Source: Candidatus Latescibacterota bacterium
GTDB taxonomy: Bacteria; Latescibacterota; UBA2968
Direction of reading: 5' to 3'
Length of the DNA: 64,000 nucleotides
Assembly (NCBI GenBank): GCA_965205975.1
Contig: OZ242195.1
Coordinates: 4,064,001 to 4,128,000 of the forward strand
The position numbers and the translations under genes are program-made. Positions 28,741 to 38,930 of this stretch are shown here, in pieces. Under the pieces are notes generated by a model, which had not been told where the DNA came from, did no database searches, and saw only the letters and a list, made by a program, of their open reading frames with translations. How positions within the stretch are numbered: position 1 is the stretch's first letter; the number at the start of each line of letters is the position of its first letter.

Positions 28741-31140
28741 ATGATCAAAAATTATCTAACCGTTGCCATCCGCAACATTGCCAGAAACAAAACATTCTCT
28801 ACCATCAACATCCTCGGTCTCGCCATTGGCATGGCCTGTTGCATCCTCATCCTGCTCTATGTGCAAGATGAACTGAGCTACGATCAGCACCACGAACACG
28901 CGCACCGAATCTATCGGATTGCCATAGAGGCGAAAATCGGCGGGGTTATGCGTCAGGCCCCGGTCACGTCATTTCCGATGGGACCTGCACTTGTCAAAGA
29001 CTATCCCGAAGTGATAGAAACTGTGCGGTTTTTTGACGGGCACGATCCAAGGACACTTGTTGAGGACCAACACGGTCAAGTCTTCTTTGAAGATAATCTC
29101 TGGTTCACCGATCCAAACTTTTTTCAAGTCTTCACTTTTCCACTCAGCAAGGGAGATCCTGAGACAGCATTTTTGGAACCCTATTCTGTTGTGATTACAG
29201 AAGCGGTGGCTCAAAAGTATTTTGGAGAACAAGATCCAATAGGTCAAATCCTGTCATTCTATGAATTGGAAAGAAAAAGAGCATTTAAGGTGACAGGTGT
29301 TTTTAAGAACACGACTCACAATACTCATTTCCAATTCGACTTTCTCGCGTCTCCTATACGCCATCATGAACCAGATTGGGCAACGAATGTTTTTTATACC
29401 TATTTGCTGCTTCAGGAAAAAGATTCTGCCCAGGGATTAGAAGCGAAATTGCCCGCCTTTATGACGACACATACAGGTGGACAACACGAGGCTACGGGCT
29501 TTAAAATGGATTACTTCCTGCAACCCCTGACGGATATTCATTTGTATAATTTGGAAAGGGAAATGGGCGAAAACAGCGATATTCGGTATGTCTATCTCTT
29601 CCTTATCATTGCTCTTTTCGTCCTCATACTCGCCTGCGTCAACTTTATGAACCTCTCAACGGCTCGCTCAGCGACCCGGTCAAAAGAGGTCGGCATGCGA
29701 AAAGTCGTTGGCGCAAATCGCACACAACTAATCCGTCAGTTTATGGGCGAATCCATATTGCTGGCGTTATTAGCCCTATTTTTTGCCCTTGCTCTTGTCG
29801 AAATCTCACTCTCCGCGTTCAACGCCTTTATCCAGCGCGAATTGGTATTGGATTACGCGGGCAATTGGCAGGTCGTATTAGCCCTGCTCAGTGTTGCCTT
29901 ATTTGCAGGGATGCTCTCGGGAATCTATCCCGCCTTATTCCTCTCGGCTTTTCAGCCAATAGAGGTGTTAAAAAACACTCTGAGGCGAGGGTTAAAAACC
30001 TCCAGTTCTCGCAAAACGCTCGTCGTATTTCAGTTTGTCATCTCAATTATTCTCATCATTGGAACGGTTGTCGTTTACCATCAAGCGGATTACATCAAAA
30101 ACAAGAAACTCGGTTTCAACAAAGAACAGATCATTGTCATGCCCTATCCCGGTATGCAGGTGACAGAGCGATATAAATCGCGATTGTCGGGGTATGCAAA
30201 TGTATTGAGCACTTCGACATCTTCGAGTGTGCCGGGCCGACCTTTTGGCGGTAGTTTTTTTCGGCCTCGTGGTGATGACACATATCAGGGCCGTTTCGCG
30301 ATGGCCAAAATTGTGGTTGACCGCGAATTTATCTCGACTTATGGCCTTGAACTTGTAGAAGGCAGAGACTTTTCAAAAGATATGATGAATGACGGAGAGG
30401 GTGAACTTATCCTGAATGAAGCCGCCATGCGGCACTTTGGATGGACTTCATGTGCGGGTAAAGAAGTGGAAAATATATGGCCACAGGGTGACAAGGTAAA
30501 GGTAGAGTATAGAGGAGAGGTCGTAGGTGTGGTGAAAGACTTTCATTATCAGTCCCTACATCATAAAATAGAACCTCTGATTATCACCACGGTGGAAAGC
30601 TGGTTTGAGTATTTTGCTATACGGATTCGATCCGATGATGTCGTAGGCACACTCAGCTTTCTGAAGACACAATGGAAGGAAATCGCACCGAATAAGCCAT
30701 TCGACTATTTCTTTCTCGACGACGATTACGACAAACTCTATCGCACAGAAGAACAAATAGGCACTCTCTTTGGACTCTTCTCTATCCTCGCCATCTTTGT
30801 CGCCAGCCTTGGACTGTTCGGCCTCGCCTCCTTCACCGCACAACAACGCATCAAAGAAATCGGCATCCGAAAAGTATTGGGCGCATCCGTTTCCAACCTC
30901 GTACTCATGTTGTCAAAAGAGTTCGCCATACTTGTCGGCATTGCCAATCTCATTGCCTGGCCAATTGCCTATTATGCGATGCACAGGTGGCTGCAGGACT
31001 TCGCCTATCGCATTGATCTGGGTATATGGGCGTTTGTTCTGAGTGGTCTTCTGGCGTTGTTTATCGCATTGACCACAGTGAGTTATCAAGCGTGGAAAGT
31101 TGCCCGCACCAATCCCGTAGATGCCTTGAGATATGAGTAA
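28741..31140 (+). CDS. ABC transporter permease, paralogue 4
   Basis: Same motif set; ends NPVDALRYE. Confidence 0.95.
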   Translation: MIKNYLTVAIRNIARNKTFSTINILGLAIGMACCILILLYVQDELSYDQHHEHAHRIYRIAIEAKIGGVMRQAPVTSFPMGPALVKDYPEVIETVRFFDGHDPRTLVEDQHGQVFFEDNLWFTDPNFFQVFTFPLSKGDPETAFLEPYSVVITEAVAQKYFGEQDPIGQILSFYELERKRAFKVTGVFKNTTHNTHFQFDFLASPIRHHEPDWATNVFYTYLLLQEKDSAQGLEAKLPAFMTTHTGGQHEATGFKMDYFLQPLTDIHLYNLEREMGENSDIRYVYLFLIIALFVLILACVNFMNLSTARSATRSKEVGMRKVVGANRTQLIRQFMGESILLALLALFFALALVEISLSAFNAFIQRELVLDYAGNWQVVLALLSVALFAGMLSGIYPALFLSAFQPIEVLKNTLRRGLKTSSSRKTLVVFQFVISIILIIGTVVVYHQADYIKNKKLGFNKEQIIVMPYPGMQVTERYKSRLSGYANVLSTSTSSSVPGRPFGGSFFRPRGDDTYQGRFAMAKIVVDREFISTYGLELVEGRDFSKDMMNDGEGELILNEAAMRHFGWTSCAGKEVENIWPQGDKVKVEYRGEVVGVVKDFHYQSLHHKIEPLIITTVESWFEYFAIRIRSDDVVGTLSFLKTQWKEIAPNKPFDYFFLDDDYDKLYRTEEQIGTLFGLFSILAIFVASLGLFGLASFTAQQRIKEIGIRKVLGASVSNLVLMLSKEFAILVGIANLIAWPIAYYAMHRWLQDFAYRIDLGIWAFVLSGLLALFIALTTVSYQAWKVARTNPVDALRYE

Positions 31141-31144
31141 GCTA

Positions 31145-31489
31145 TCATAGGTTGCGCCCTGTAAGTTTTCCAAGCTCCTCAAATATTGCGTTCAAAACCT
31201 GGGTATTCACAGTCCCAATGCGTTCCTGAAGGCGACGACGATCAATCGCCCTCAGTTGAAATACGAGTGCCACCGATTCGTGTTGCAACCCATTTTCTGG
31301 TGTGGGACGAATGAACGTCGTACCGGCAAAACGAACTGCTGACCTTACTGTCGTCAGAGGTATCACAAGTACAACAGGCAAGCCATCACCATAATTGTCA
31401 TCTTGTAAAATCACAGCGGGACGACGCCCGCGTTGCTCATGGCCATTGACGGAGGGCAGATCGACCCAATGAATGTCGCCAACACTCAC
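31145..31489 (-). CDS. PemK/MazF family toxin
   Basis: GDIHWVDL, GHEQ.G.RPAVILQ, VIPLT, Q.RAIDR.RL..RIG; GTGA overlap with the upstream gene. Confidence 0.9.
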   Translation of the reverse strand: MSVGDIHWVDLPSVNGHEQRGRRPAVILQDDNYGDGLPVVLVIPLTTVRSAVRFAGTTFIRPTPENGLQHESVALVFQLRAIDRRRLQERIGTVNTQVLNAIFEELGKLTGRNL

Positions 31490-31698
31490 CGCTCTTCTGT
31501 CTCCCATTGATCAATCAGTGCCCATGCCTCATCGCTCGCCTTGTCCCACTGGTCTAATTCAGACTTGAGTTCAGGCGTCATATCCACCGGACGAATGAGA
31601 ATATCTACATAGATCCCATTGGGCAAAGGAGTATTGCTCTGGGGCACAACCACACCGTCTTTGATAATCCCTGGGATTGTCCAACGCTCGGTTTTCAT
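31486..31698 (-). CDS. Putative antitoxin (AF2212/DUF104-like)
   Basis: 70 aa, GIIKDGVVVP...LPNG..V.I pattern, acidic tail, translationally coupled to the toxin. Confidence 0.75.
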   Translation of the reverse strand: MKTERWTIPGIIKDGVVVPQSNTPLPNGIYVDILIRPVDMTPELKSELDQWDKASDEAWALIDQWETEER

Positions 31699-31803
31699 AA
31701 AAAAGTCTCCAACACGCAATGCGAATTTCTTTTTATTTCTCGTGATTTTAAATATCGTGAATTTCCGGTAGTTTTGCAATTCTGTATTTATAGGAGAAGT
31801 AAA

Positions 31804-34167
31804 ATGTTCAGAGCCAGTGTTGAAATATCTTTATTCAGCAGCTACCTGAAAACGGCGATCCGCAACCTCGCCAGGCACCGCATTTACTCCGCCATCAACA
31901 TCATCGGCATTGCCATTGGCCTCGCCTTCTGCATCCTCACCTACCTCTTTGTCCACAATGAATGGACCTATGACACCTTTCACGAAAATGCCGACCGCAT
32001 CTATCGGGTTTATATAAAACATATAAAAGGACGAAACGAGCGCGTTCACGGTGTAACACCCGGCCCTCTCGGACCCGCAATAGCAGAAGCATTTCCCGAC
32101 ATGCAAACGGTTCGCTTCACATCTCGCACGGGAAAAATTGGCACGGAAAATCGCGCTTTTCGGGCACAGTTGGGATTTACCGATCCCAACTTCCTCGACA
32201 TTTTTTCTTTTCCAATCCTTCGAGGCGATCCATCTTTGCAAGACAAATACGCCGCACTCATAACAGAAAAAACCGCGCAGAAATATTTCAACAAAGCCAA
32301 CCCCGTCGGAGCAGTGCTTCCCATTGAATACAAAAATGAAATCCAGGATTACACCATCACGGGCATTGTGAAAAACGCGCCCAAAAACTCCACAATTCAA
32401 TTTGACGTACTACTACCCTTTGAACAAAGCAAGGTCGAAGACAGATGGAATTCCTACAGCATATTTACTTTCATGATGCTCCCCCCGAATATATCTCCAA
32501 ACAGTCTCGAACAACAATTTCCCAGATGGACCAAAAACTGGTGGGATGAAAAGCGCGAAAACCAGATCAAACTTCAACCACTCACCCAGATGCACTTCGA
32601 TCAAACCATGTACGTAAGCCGTCGCAGCAATCCCGTTTATTCATACATCTTATCGGGCATGGCGCTACTCGTCCTATTTATCGCCTGCGTCAACTTCACA
32701 ACCTTAACCCTCGGACGACAGGCAATGCGAGCGCGAGAAATCGGCTTGCGAAAAGTCGTCGGCGCAAAACGCTCACAAATCGCAAACCAATTTATCGGCG
32801 AATCGCTCTTACTCATCCTTATCGCGCTCACAGCCGGCATTGCCATCGCAGAACTCACATTGCCAACATTCAATAACCTATCTGGAAAATCCCTATCCTT
32901 GACCGACGGCCTCAACACCACAACACTTGCATTTCTCATTCTGCTGGTCAGCCTCGTTGGCATCACAGCAGGGGGCTATCCCGCCCTGATCCTATCCCGA
33001 ATGCAACCAACTCAAATCATCGCGAGCAGATTGCAAATCAAAACGGGCAATCGTTTTGGCAACGTATTGATCGTTTTTCAGTTCGCCCTATCCATATTTT
33101 TAATCATCACCACCTTGATGATGGGCAAACAACTCACCTTTTTGAGAACCCAACCCCTGGGATATCAAACCGAACACGTCGTCGCCATTCAGACTCATGA
33201 CCTGCGAAAAGAAAACAAAACCTTACCAACTGTTTTTCGGGACGCCCTGCTGTCTCACCAGGCCGTGATCAGCACGACATGGCTTAACCATCCTCTAAAC
33301 AACGACATGAGCTTGTCAACCCATGTAACATATCGTGGAAGTCCGGAGCAACCCGTTGAAGGTATTGGTATTGACTATGACCTGTTCAAAACGCTCGACA
33401 TGAAACTCGTTGCAGGTCGAGAATACGACAGAGAATTTCCGACCGATCAAACGGAAGCGGTCATTGTCAACGAAGCACTCGTCCAAAAATTCGGCATAGA
33501 AGACCCCGTTGGCAAAACAATCACATACAGCGGCTCAAAAGACAGAACCATCATCGGCGTTGTTCAAGATTTCCACTTTCGCTCTCTGCATCATACAATC
33601 AGACCCGCTGTTCTGCCACTCAGCACATCCACTGGACGCTTATTGGTCCGCATCTATCCCGAAAATGTGCCCGGCACCATCGCATTCATCAAAGAACAAT
33701 GGGAAAAAGTCGCCCCCAATCATGCATTCAACTTCTCATTCATCAATGAAGACCTGGACAAACAATACAAAAAAGAAGAACGCTGGAATCAAATGATCCA
33801 ATACGCCACAGGATTCGCCATCTTCATCGCTGCACTCGGCGCATTCGGACTGGCCGCTCTCGCCACAACAAGACGCACCAAAGAAATCGGCATCCGCAAA
33901 GTCTTAGGCGCATCCCAAACGCAAATCCTATCCCTGCTCTCACGAGAATTTGTCCTCTACATCGCCCTCTCAAGCCTCATCGCATTCCCCATCGCCTATT
34001 ACGCGACCAATCAATGGTTACAAACCTTCGCCTACCGCACGGAATTGGGTATTGGTATATTCTTACTCGGTAGCGTAGCCCTGTTCCTCGTCGTCCTCAC
34101 AACCGTCACTACCCAGACCCTCAAAGCCGCACGCGCAAACCCGGCGGATGCCTTAAGAGATGAGTGA
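31804..34167 (+). CDS. ABC transporter permease, paralogue 5 (close to paralogue 3)
   Basis: TM-coding segments near-identical to 26318-28717. Confidence 0.95.
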   Translation: MFRASVEISLFSSYLKTAIRNLARHRIYSAINIIGIAIGLAFCILTYLFVHNEWTYDTFHENADRIYRVYIKHIKGRNERVHGVTPGPLGPAIAEAFPDMQTVRFTSRTGKIGTENRAFRAQLGFTDPNFLDIFSFPILRGDPSLQDKYAALITEKTAQKYFNKANPVGAVLPIEYKNEIQDYTITGIVKNAPKNSTIQFDVLLPFEQSKVEDRWNSYSIFTFMMLPPNISPNSLEQQFPRWTKNWWDEKRENQIKLQPLTQMHFDQTMYVSRRSNPVYSYILSGMALLVLFIACVNFTTLTLGRQAMRAREIGLRKVVGAKRSQIANQFIGESLLLILIALTAGIAIAELTLPTFNNLSGKSLSLTDGLNTTTLAFLILLVSLVGITAGGYPALILSRMQPTQIIASRLQIKTGNRFGNVLIVFQFALSIFLIITTLMMGKQLTFLRTQPLGYQTEHVVAIQTHDLRKENKTLPTVFRDALLSHQAVISTTWLNHPLNNDMSLSTHVTYRGSPEQPVEGIGIDYDLFKTLDMKLVAGREYDREFPTDQTEAVIVNEALVQKFGIEDPVGKTITYSGSKDRTIIGVVQDFHFRSLHHTIRPAVLPLSTSTGRLLVRIYPENVPGTIAFIKEQWEKVAPNHAFNFSFINEDLDKQYKKEERWNQMIQYATGFAIFIAALGAFGLAALATTRRTKEIGIRKVLGASQTQILSLLSREFVLYIALSSLIAFPIAYYATNQWLQTFAYRTELGIGIFLLGSVALFLVVLTTVTTQTLKAARANPADALRDE

Positions 34168-34171
34168 GTTG

Positions 34172-34260
34172 TATAACCCCTTGTTTTTTCGCTTAAATTG
34201 CGGATATTTGTAAACGCGGATCCAGGGATCTCGAATGGACTTCTGAGAAGTTGTACAATA
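34172..34260 (+). repeat. ~89-bp promoter/operator-like element, copy 1 of 3
   Basis: Other copies at 37943-38031 and 42798-42887; palindrome ACTTCT-g-AGAAGT before TACAAT. Confidence 0.8.
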
Positions 34261-34897
34261 GTGGTATCCCAGGCTCGCACATGCCACCGCCAAAGAAAGA
34301 CGCAACTGGCGATGTACCGGGGGAGGCATCCAATGGCCCGATCTGAACGAAAATCTCAGTGTTGAGACTCTGTTTACAGGCCGTCCCACAGAAGAAAAGC
34401 AGAAGTCCGACAAAACAAAGCCGCCAGTTCTGGACGAGTCTGCATTGGTGGAAGGACGACTGATGGAAGTGAACTGGGCTCGCGGGACAGCGGAACTGCA
34501 CTTCATTCCCCAAAGAGTCGTACCATTGCGTTTCGATCCAGCACTAAACGACGACATGCGTCGGCTGGCGACACAGTATGTCGAGATCAGAGGCCGTGGT
34601 CGCTTCAACGACAATGACGAATGGGATATTATTTACGTAGAGCAGATAACCGACACACGGTCATGGTCAGAGCCGTTTGACCTTGACGCATTTCGCAACG
34701 ATCCCAATCCGAAGATTTTCGATCCTGAAAAAGTCGTCGCCATTGACTTGACAGAAGAAGAGTGGGAGGCTTTCCATCGTGTGATATGTGAAGGACGGAA
34801 TGTCTAATGCTTTCAAACGACCACGACTTCTCCGACATTCCCGACCTGGAACTCATCCAGGCACCGGCACCACAACCAGATCAGTTACAGGAATAAC
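34261..34897 (+). pseudogene. 5'-deleted DUF2442-fusion gene plus C-terminal remnant of a PIN toxin
   Basis: Homologous to 38151-38697 but lacks the RBS and start; 34808-34897 reads LSNDHDFSDIPDLELIQ (PIN tail). Confidence 0.7.
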
Positions 34898-34902
34898 GAA
34901 TT

Positions 34903-35217
34903 ATGAAACTACATGTCGATAAGGAAGCCAACGCGCTCTATCTGCGCCTTGACGACTCTGCTATCGTCGAATCAGAAGAGGTCTCGCCGGGTATGGTGCT
35001 TGATTACAATGCATCAAATGAAGTAGTAGGTGTGTCTATGAATCAGTTTGCGATTTATGCTTTTGCACGTGAAATTGCCGAGCTTGAAACCACAGCCTTT
35101 TTTCAAAATCAATATGCGGGCAAAAACAAACGAGAAATTCTGGAGGCATTTGACGCTGTTATGAGCAAACAAATCCCCGCCCAAACACCTCCTGATTGGG
35201 ACCAATTGGATAGATGA
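34903..35217 (+). CDS. Chimeric DUF2283 / HicB-RHH-like antitoxin fragment
   Basis: First 44 aa nearly identical to 42902-43102, then switches at GV to SMNQFAIYAFARE. Confidence 0.65.
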   Translation: MKLHVDKEANALYLRLDDSAIVESEEVSPGMVLDYNASNEVVGVSMNQFAIYAFAREIAELETTAFFQNQYAGKNKREILEAFDAVMSKQIPAQTPPDWDQLDR

Positions 35218-35245
35218 GTGAGCCAATTTTGCATCCACCCATCAG

Positions 35246-36031
35246 CTACACCTCGGAAACCACACCAGGATACCGATTTTGAATCCACCAATCCGAGTGT
35301 GGCATCCCGCTCGCGCGCGTCTTTTTCACCAGCAAATCGATATCTATTGGCACGCGGCGTAACTCAATACGAAGGCTCTTATTCTCCCATGCAATAACGC
35401 CATATTCTGCCCAGGGAGGATATCCCCTATCGTGTGAATCATCCAATGAACCTCGGAGAACCCGGCGTATCCGATCCTGTGCGGGAACAGGCGCACCAAC
35501 ACTTCCGGGATTGATGATCGTGCTATCTGCATAATAACGAACCATCTGTGTATGCGTATGTCCCCCAGCCAACACCATCGCGTGATACCCAGACAGCATG
35601 CGTTCCATCTCCTCATCTGGCGTGTGAGAAGCGATTCCATCTTCATTAGACCGTGGAGAACCGTGATAGCAAAGAAGATTGGTGGTCGCATCCAGAGGTA
35701 TTTCGACCGTTGCCTGGAACGTCCGCATGTAGTCGAGATCATCAGGTGAAAGCTTACGGACACCCCAGAATCGAACTTCATTCCCTCGCCTGGCATTCTC
35801 GCTCTTTCCCCTACCAGGACGTGGATCAAGACACCACACGTCCATATTCCCCATAACAACAGAACCATTCAGAGATTTCAACTGAGCAATAACCTCACAT
35901 GGTTGGGGACCATCAGAGACGGTATCACCCAGGCACACAATGTGATCAATGGATTCTGTTTTGAGATCTTTCAAGACAGCTTCCAGAGCCACTGCATTTC
36001 CATGAATATCAGAGATGATGGCGATTCGCAT
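35246..36031 (-). CDS. Metallophosphoesterase (calcineurin-like, YfcE-type), copy 1
   Basis: SDIHGN, CLGD, GN.D, HGSP, GHTH, INPGSVG. Confidence 0.93.
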   Translation of the reverse strand: MRIAIISDIHGNAVALEAVLKDLKTESIDHIVCLGDTVSDGPQPCEVIAQLKSLNGSVVMGNMDVWCLDPRPGRGKSENARRGNEVRFWGVRKLSPDDLDYMRTFQATVEIPLDATTNLLCYHGSPRSNEDGIASHTPDEEMERMLSGYHAMVLAGGHTHTQMVRYYADSTIINPGSVGAPVPAQDRIRRVLRGSLDDSHDRGYPPWAEYGVIAWENKSLRIELRRVPIDIDLLVKKTRASGMPHSDWWIQNRYPGVVSEV

Positions 36032-36089
36032 ATTTATACCTCCTTATCGTAAGAGAGCTTCAAAGGAATTTTTGTGCATCACTGGCCTT

Positions 36090-36224
36090 AAAAACAAAAA
36101 AGCGCGGAAAATCTACCATAGGAGATGTATCCTCCTATAGCAGCTCCCCCGCGCCATCGCTTCAGTTGACGCAAATCTGCTATTCATCTACACCAATGGT
36201 ACGCTATAGAGCATCAGAAAACAA
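36090..36224 (-). promoter_or_regulatory. Sigma70 promoter and leader with terminator hairpin, copy 1
   Basis: TTGTTT-N17-TACCAT; GCGCGG/CTGCTATAGGAG..CTCCTATGGTAG/CCGCGC plus T-run before the RBS. Confidence 0.6.
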
Positions 36225-36396
36225 GTCTTTTGGATTCGCACATTAAGACATTTTGAACAAGTGAATTTTTGAGTATAATATACTTTATATTCAAAATTCG
36301 CCATGTCCTCACACACGCAGAATACACTCGTCGCACGCGAGAAGGCACGTTGTAAGAAGGAGTACTTGATGGCTGACATACAGAGAGTTTGGTATC

Positions 36397-37109
36397 ATGA
36401 AATATAAGGCCATAATTTTCGACTTATTTGGGACTTTGGTTGATAATTTTAGCAAAAAAAAGCACGACAAAGTACATGCATTGATGGCCGAAACATTGTC
36501 GGTGCCATATAAAGCGTTTAGACAAGCATTCGGCTCTTCTTTTTCTGACCTATGTATTGGGAAATTCAGGTCAATAGAAGAAATTATCGCTGTATGTTGC
36601 GCTCAAATTGGTCTATCTCCCAGTGACTGCAAAATCAACACAGCCGCGCAATATCGATACGACTTCACAATGAAGACACTCAAACCAAAAATTGAAGTCC
36701 TGCTTACGCTTCAAAAACTAAAAGATGATGGCTATAAAATTGGACTCATAACAAACTGCGGTCCAGATGTCCCTCTACTCTGGCACACTTCTCCTTTATC
36801 AGAGCATATCGATTTACCGCTCTTTTCTTGTACAGAAAAAATACAAAAGCCCGCTATTGAAATCTATAAACGGGCACATGAACAGTTGGGACTTCCGTCA
36901 AATGCTGTGTTTATGTGGGCGATGGTAGCAGCCGGGAAATGACCGGTGCGAAAGAAATAGGTTTCTTGCCCGTGCTAAAGCAAGTCGATTTAGAAGATGT
37001 ATATGATGACGCAAGACCAGACATAATTGGGTGGCGTGGGTTATCAATTACTGAAATTGAGGAACTGCCTGAATTACTTGCGCGCATCAATAGCCCGGAT
37101 CATAACTAA
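36397..37109 (+). pseudogene. HAD-like hydrolase, frameshifted near 36895 (or sequencing error)
   Basis: FDLFGTL, ITN and KP motifs in frame 1; the CVYVGDG..E..GA motif continues in another frame. Confidence 0.75.
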
Positions 37110-37435
37110 ACAGCAACGACCCGCTGATGGCCGCTTCTATCTTCCGAATGCGTAATGCGAATCTCGATATTGCGGTTCAGCCGATTCAGAAACCCAAACA
37201 GTCTCTCTACACTAAAACGGCTAAAATCACCGTTCTTCAGCCGGGATACATCGGACTGATTGATCCCGAGAATTTCCCCCGCTTTTGCCTGCGTCAGCTT
37301 TCGCCCTTCAAGAATACTATAGATTTCAAATGCCAGATCTGCCTTCAGCAACTCACGTTCAGCCTCTGATTCTGAGAAACCGATGTCCCGAAATACATTT
37401 CCAGAGCTTTGCTCAAATTTGACTTTTTCATTCAT
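37106..37435 (-). CDS. XRE/HTH antitoxin (HigA-like)
   Basis: SSGNVF.D.G, LTQ..A...LGI.Q.DVSRL..G...FS.ERL. Confidence 0.9.
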   Translation of the reverse strand: MNEKVKFEQSSGNVFRDIGFSESEAERELLKADLAFEIYSILEGRKLTQAKAGEILGINQSDVSRLKNGDFSRFSVERLFGFLNRLNRNIEIRITHSEDRSGHQRVVAV

Positions 37436-37802
37436 TTTGGGTCTCCATATTTTTCGCTATTTTCAGCCGCAATTTAATCAGGTCAATTGCCTGCTTAGGT
37501 GTTCTAATGCCACGAGTGGATTTCTTCTGGAACGCATGAAGCACATAGATTTTCTCGCCAATCTTGACGGTATAAACAGCGCGATAGGTATTTGTATCGT
37601 AAGGAACGACAATCTCCAATACGCCAGAACCCACTGATCGTAGTGGCTTTGACTTTGGGTGTTTACCGCCCCATTGAGCAAAACGCAACGCTTCACCCAC
37701 TGTTCTTCTCGCAGCTTTGGGAAAACTTCGGACTTGCTCACGAGAATCCCCGACCCATGTTACACTTTTTATTTTTTCATTCAAAATTGTACCTTCCTTC
37801 AA
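37428..37802 (-). CDS. RelE/ParE-family toxin (HigB/Gp49-like)
   Basis: FP..AR...G.AL..AQ.G, GVLEI, YRAVY, VLHAFQKKS. Confidence 0.9.
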   Translation of the reverse strand: MKEGTILNEKIKSVTWVGDSREQVRSFPKAARRTVGEALRFAQWGGKHPKSKPLRSVGSGVLEIVVPYDTNTYRAVYTVKIGEKIYVLHAFQKKSTRGIRTPKQAIDLIKLRLKIAKNMETQNE

Positions 37803-37860
37803 TTTATGGCAAATTTACCATATTTATATGAAAAATTCAAGGTTTTTTTAGGTATTGTTA

Positions 37861-37938
37861 ATCACATTGACCACAGTGAGTTATCAGGCGTGGAAAATTG
37901 CCCGCACCAATCCCGTGGATGCCCTGCGATATGAGTGA
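37861..37938 (+). pseudogene. 3'-end remnant of an eighth ABC permease
   Basis: Encodes LTTVSYQAWKIARTNPVDALRYE*; 76/83 nt identical to 31063-31145. Confidence 0.85.
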
Positions 37939-37942
37939 GCTA

Positions 37943-38031
37943 TATAACCCCTTGTTTTTTCGCTTAAATTACGGATATTTGTAAACGCGGATCCAGTGAT
38001 CTCGAATGGACTTCTAAGAAGTTGTACAATA
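37943..38031 (+). repeat. ~89-bp promoter/operator-like element, copy 2 of 3
   Basis: Near-identical to 34172-34260. Confidence 0.8.
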
Positions 38032-38043
38032 TGGAGGCCTGAG

Positions 38044-38697
38044 ATGAATATTTCGACAATTGATATGCCGCAGGCTGAGCGCGTGGAAGTAAGCGAGGAT
38101 ACGCTGACGGCGGTACTCTCCGATGGACGAACCATCTCCGTGCCCCTGAAATGGTATCCCAGACTCGCACACGCCACCGCCAAAGAAAGACGCAACTGGC
38201 GACGTACCAGTGGAGGCATCCACTGGCCCGACCTCAACGAAAACCTCAGCGTTGAGGCACTGTTTGCAGGCCATCCCAGAAAAGAAAAGCAGAAGTCCGA
38301 CAAGACAAAGCTGCCGGTTCTGGACGAGCCTGCACTGGTGGAAGGGCGACTGATGGAGGTGAACTGGGCTTATGGCACAGCAGAGTTGCATTACATCCCG
38401 CAAAGAGTCGTGCCGTTGCGTTTCGATCCGGCACTAAACGACGACATGCGTCGGCTGGCGACCCAGTATGTCGAGATCAGAGGCCGCGGTCACTTCAACG
38501 ACAATGACGAATGGGATATTATTTACGTAAAGCAGATAACCTGCACGCGGTCATGGTCCGAGCCGTTTGACCTCGAGGCATTTCGCAACGATCCCAATCC
38601 GAAGATTTTCGATCCTGAAAAGGTCGTTACCGTCAGTGAACCTTTCGACGTAGATGAGTTCATTCGCGTCATCCACGAAGGCCGAGATGTTGAGTGA
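38044..38697 (+). CDS. DUF2442-domain fusion protein (putative antitoxin)
   Basis: L.DGRTISVPL.WYPRL..AT...R..W...GIHWPDL.E.LSV, then an unrelated acidic domain. Confidence 0.8.
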   Translation: MNISTIDMPQAERVEVSEDTLTAVLSDGRTISVPLKWYPRLAHATAKERRNWRRTSGGIHWPDLNENLSVEALFAGHPRKEKQKSDKTKLPVLDEPALVEGRLMEVNWAYGTAELHYIPQRVVPLRFDPALNDDMRRLATQYVEIRGRGHFNDNDEWDIIYVKQITCTRSWSEPFDLEAFRNDPNPKIFDPEKVVTVSEPFDVDEFIRVIHEGRDVE

Positions 38698-38882
38698 AAG
38701 GAATCTTCAAGTTGGTAATCCTGGATACCAATATCGTTTCATACATCTTCAATAAAGATACCAGGGCACTGTATTACCAGAACCAGATTCAAGGCCAACG
38801 CGTGTTCATCTCATTCCAGACCTGGTACTCATCCAGGCACCGGCACCACAACCAGATCAGTCACAGGAATAACGAAGGGTAG
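38694..38882 (+). pseudogene. PIN/VapC toxin with internal deletion
   Basis: ILDTNIVSY...ISFQT start, then jumps to the out-of-frame C-terminal tail shared with 34846-34897. Confidence 0.75.
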
Positions 38883-38930
38883 AATGATCGAATAAAATCC
38901 CCACGGCTACCATTTGCATCCACCCATCAG

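Noticed and set aside
26318..34167. Diversity-generating retroelement
   Set aside because: No reverse transcriptase in the window, and the differences are not visibly adenine-specific.
36890..36942. Programmed frameshift in the HAD hydrolase
   Set aside because: No slippery heptamer or stimulatory structure seen; mutation or sequencing error is simpler.
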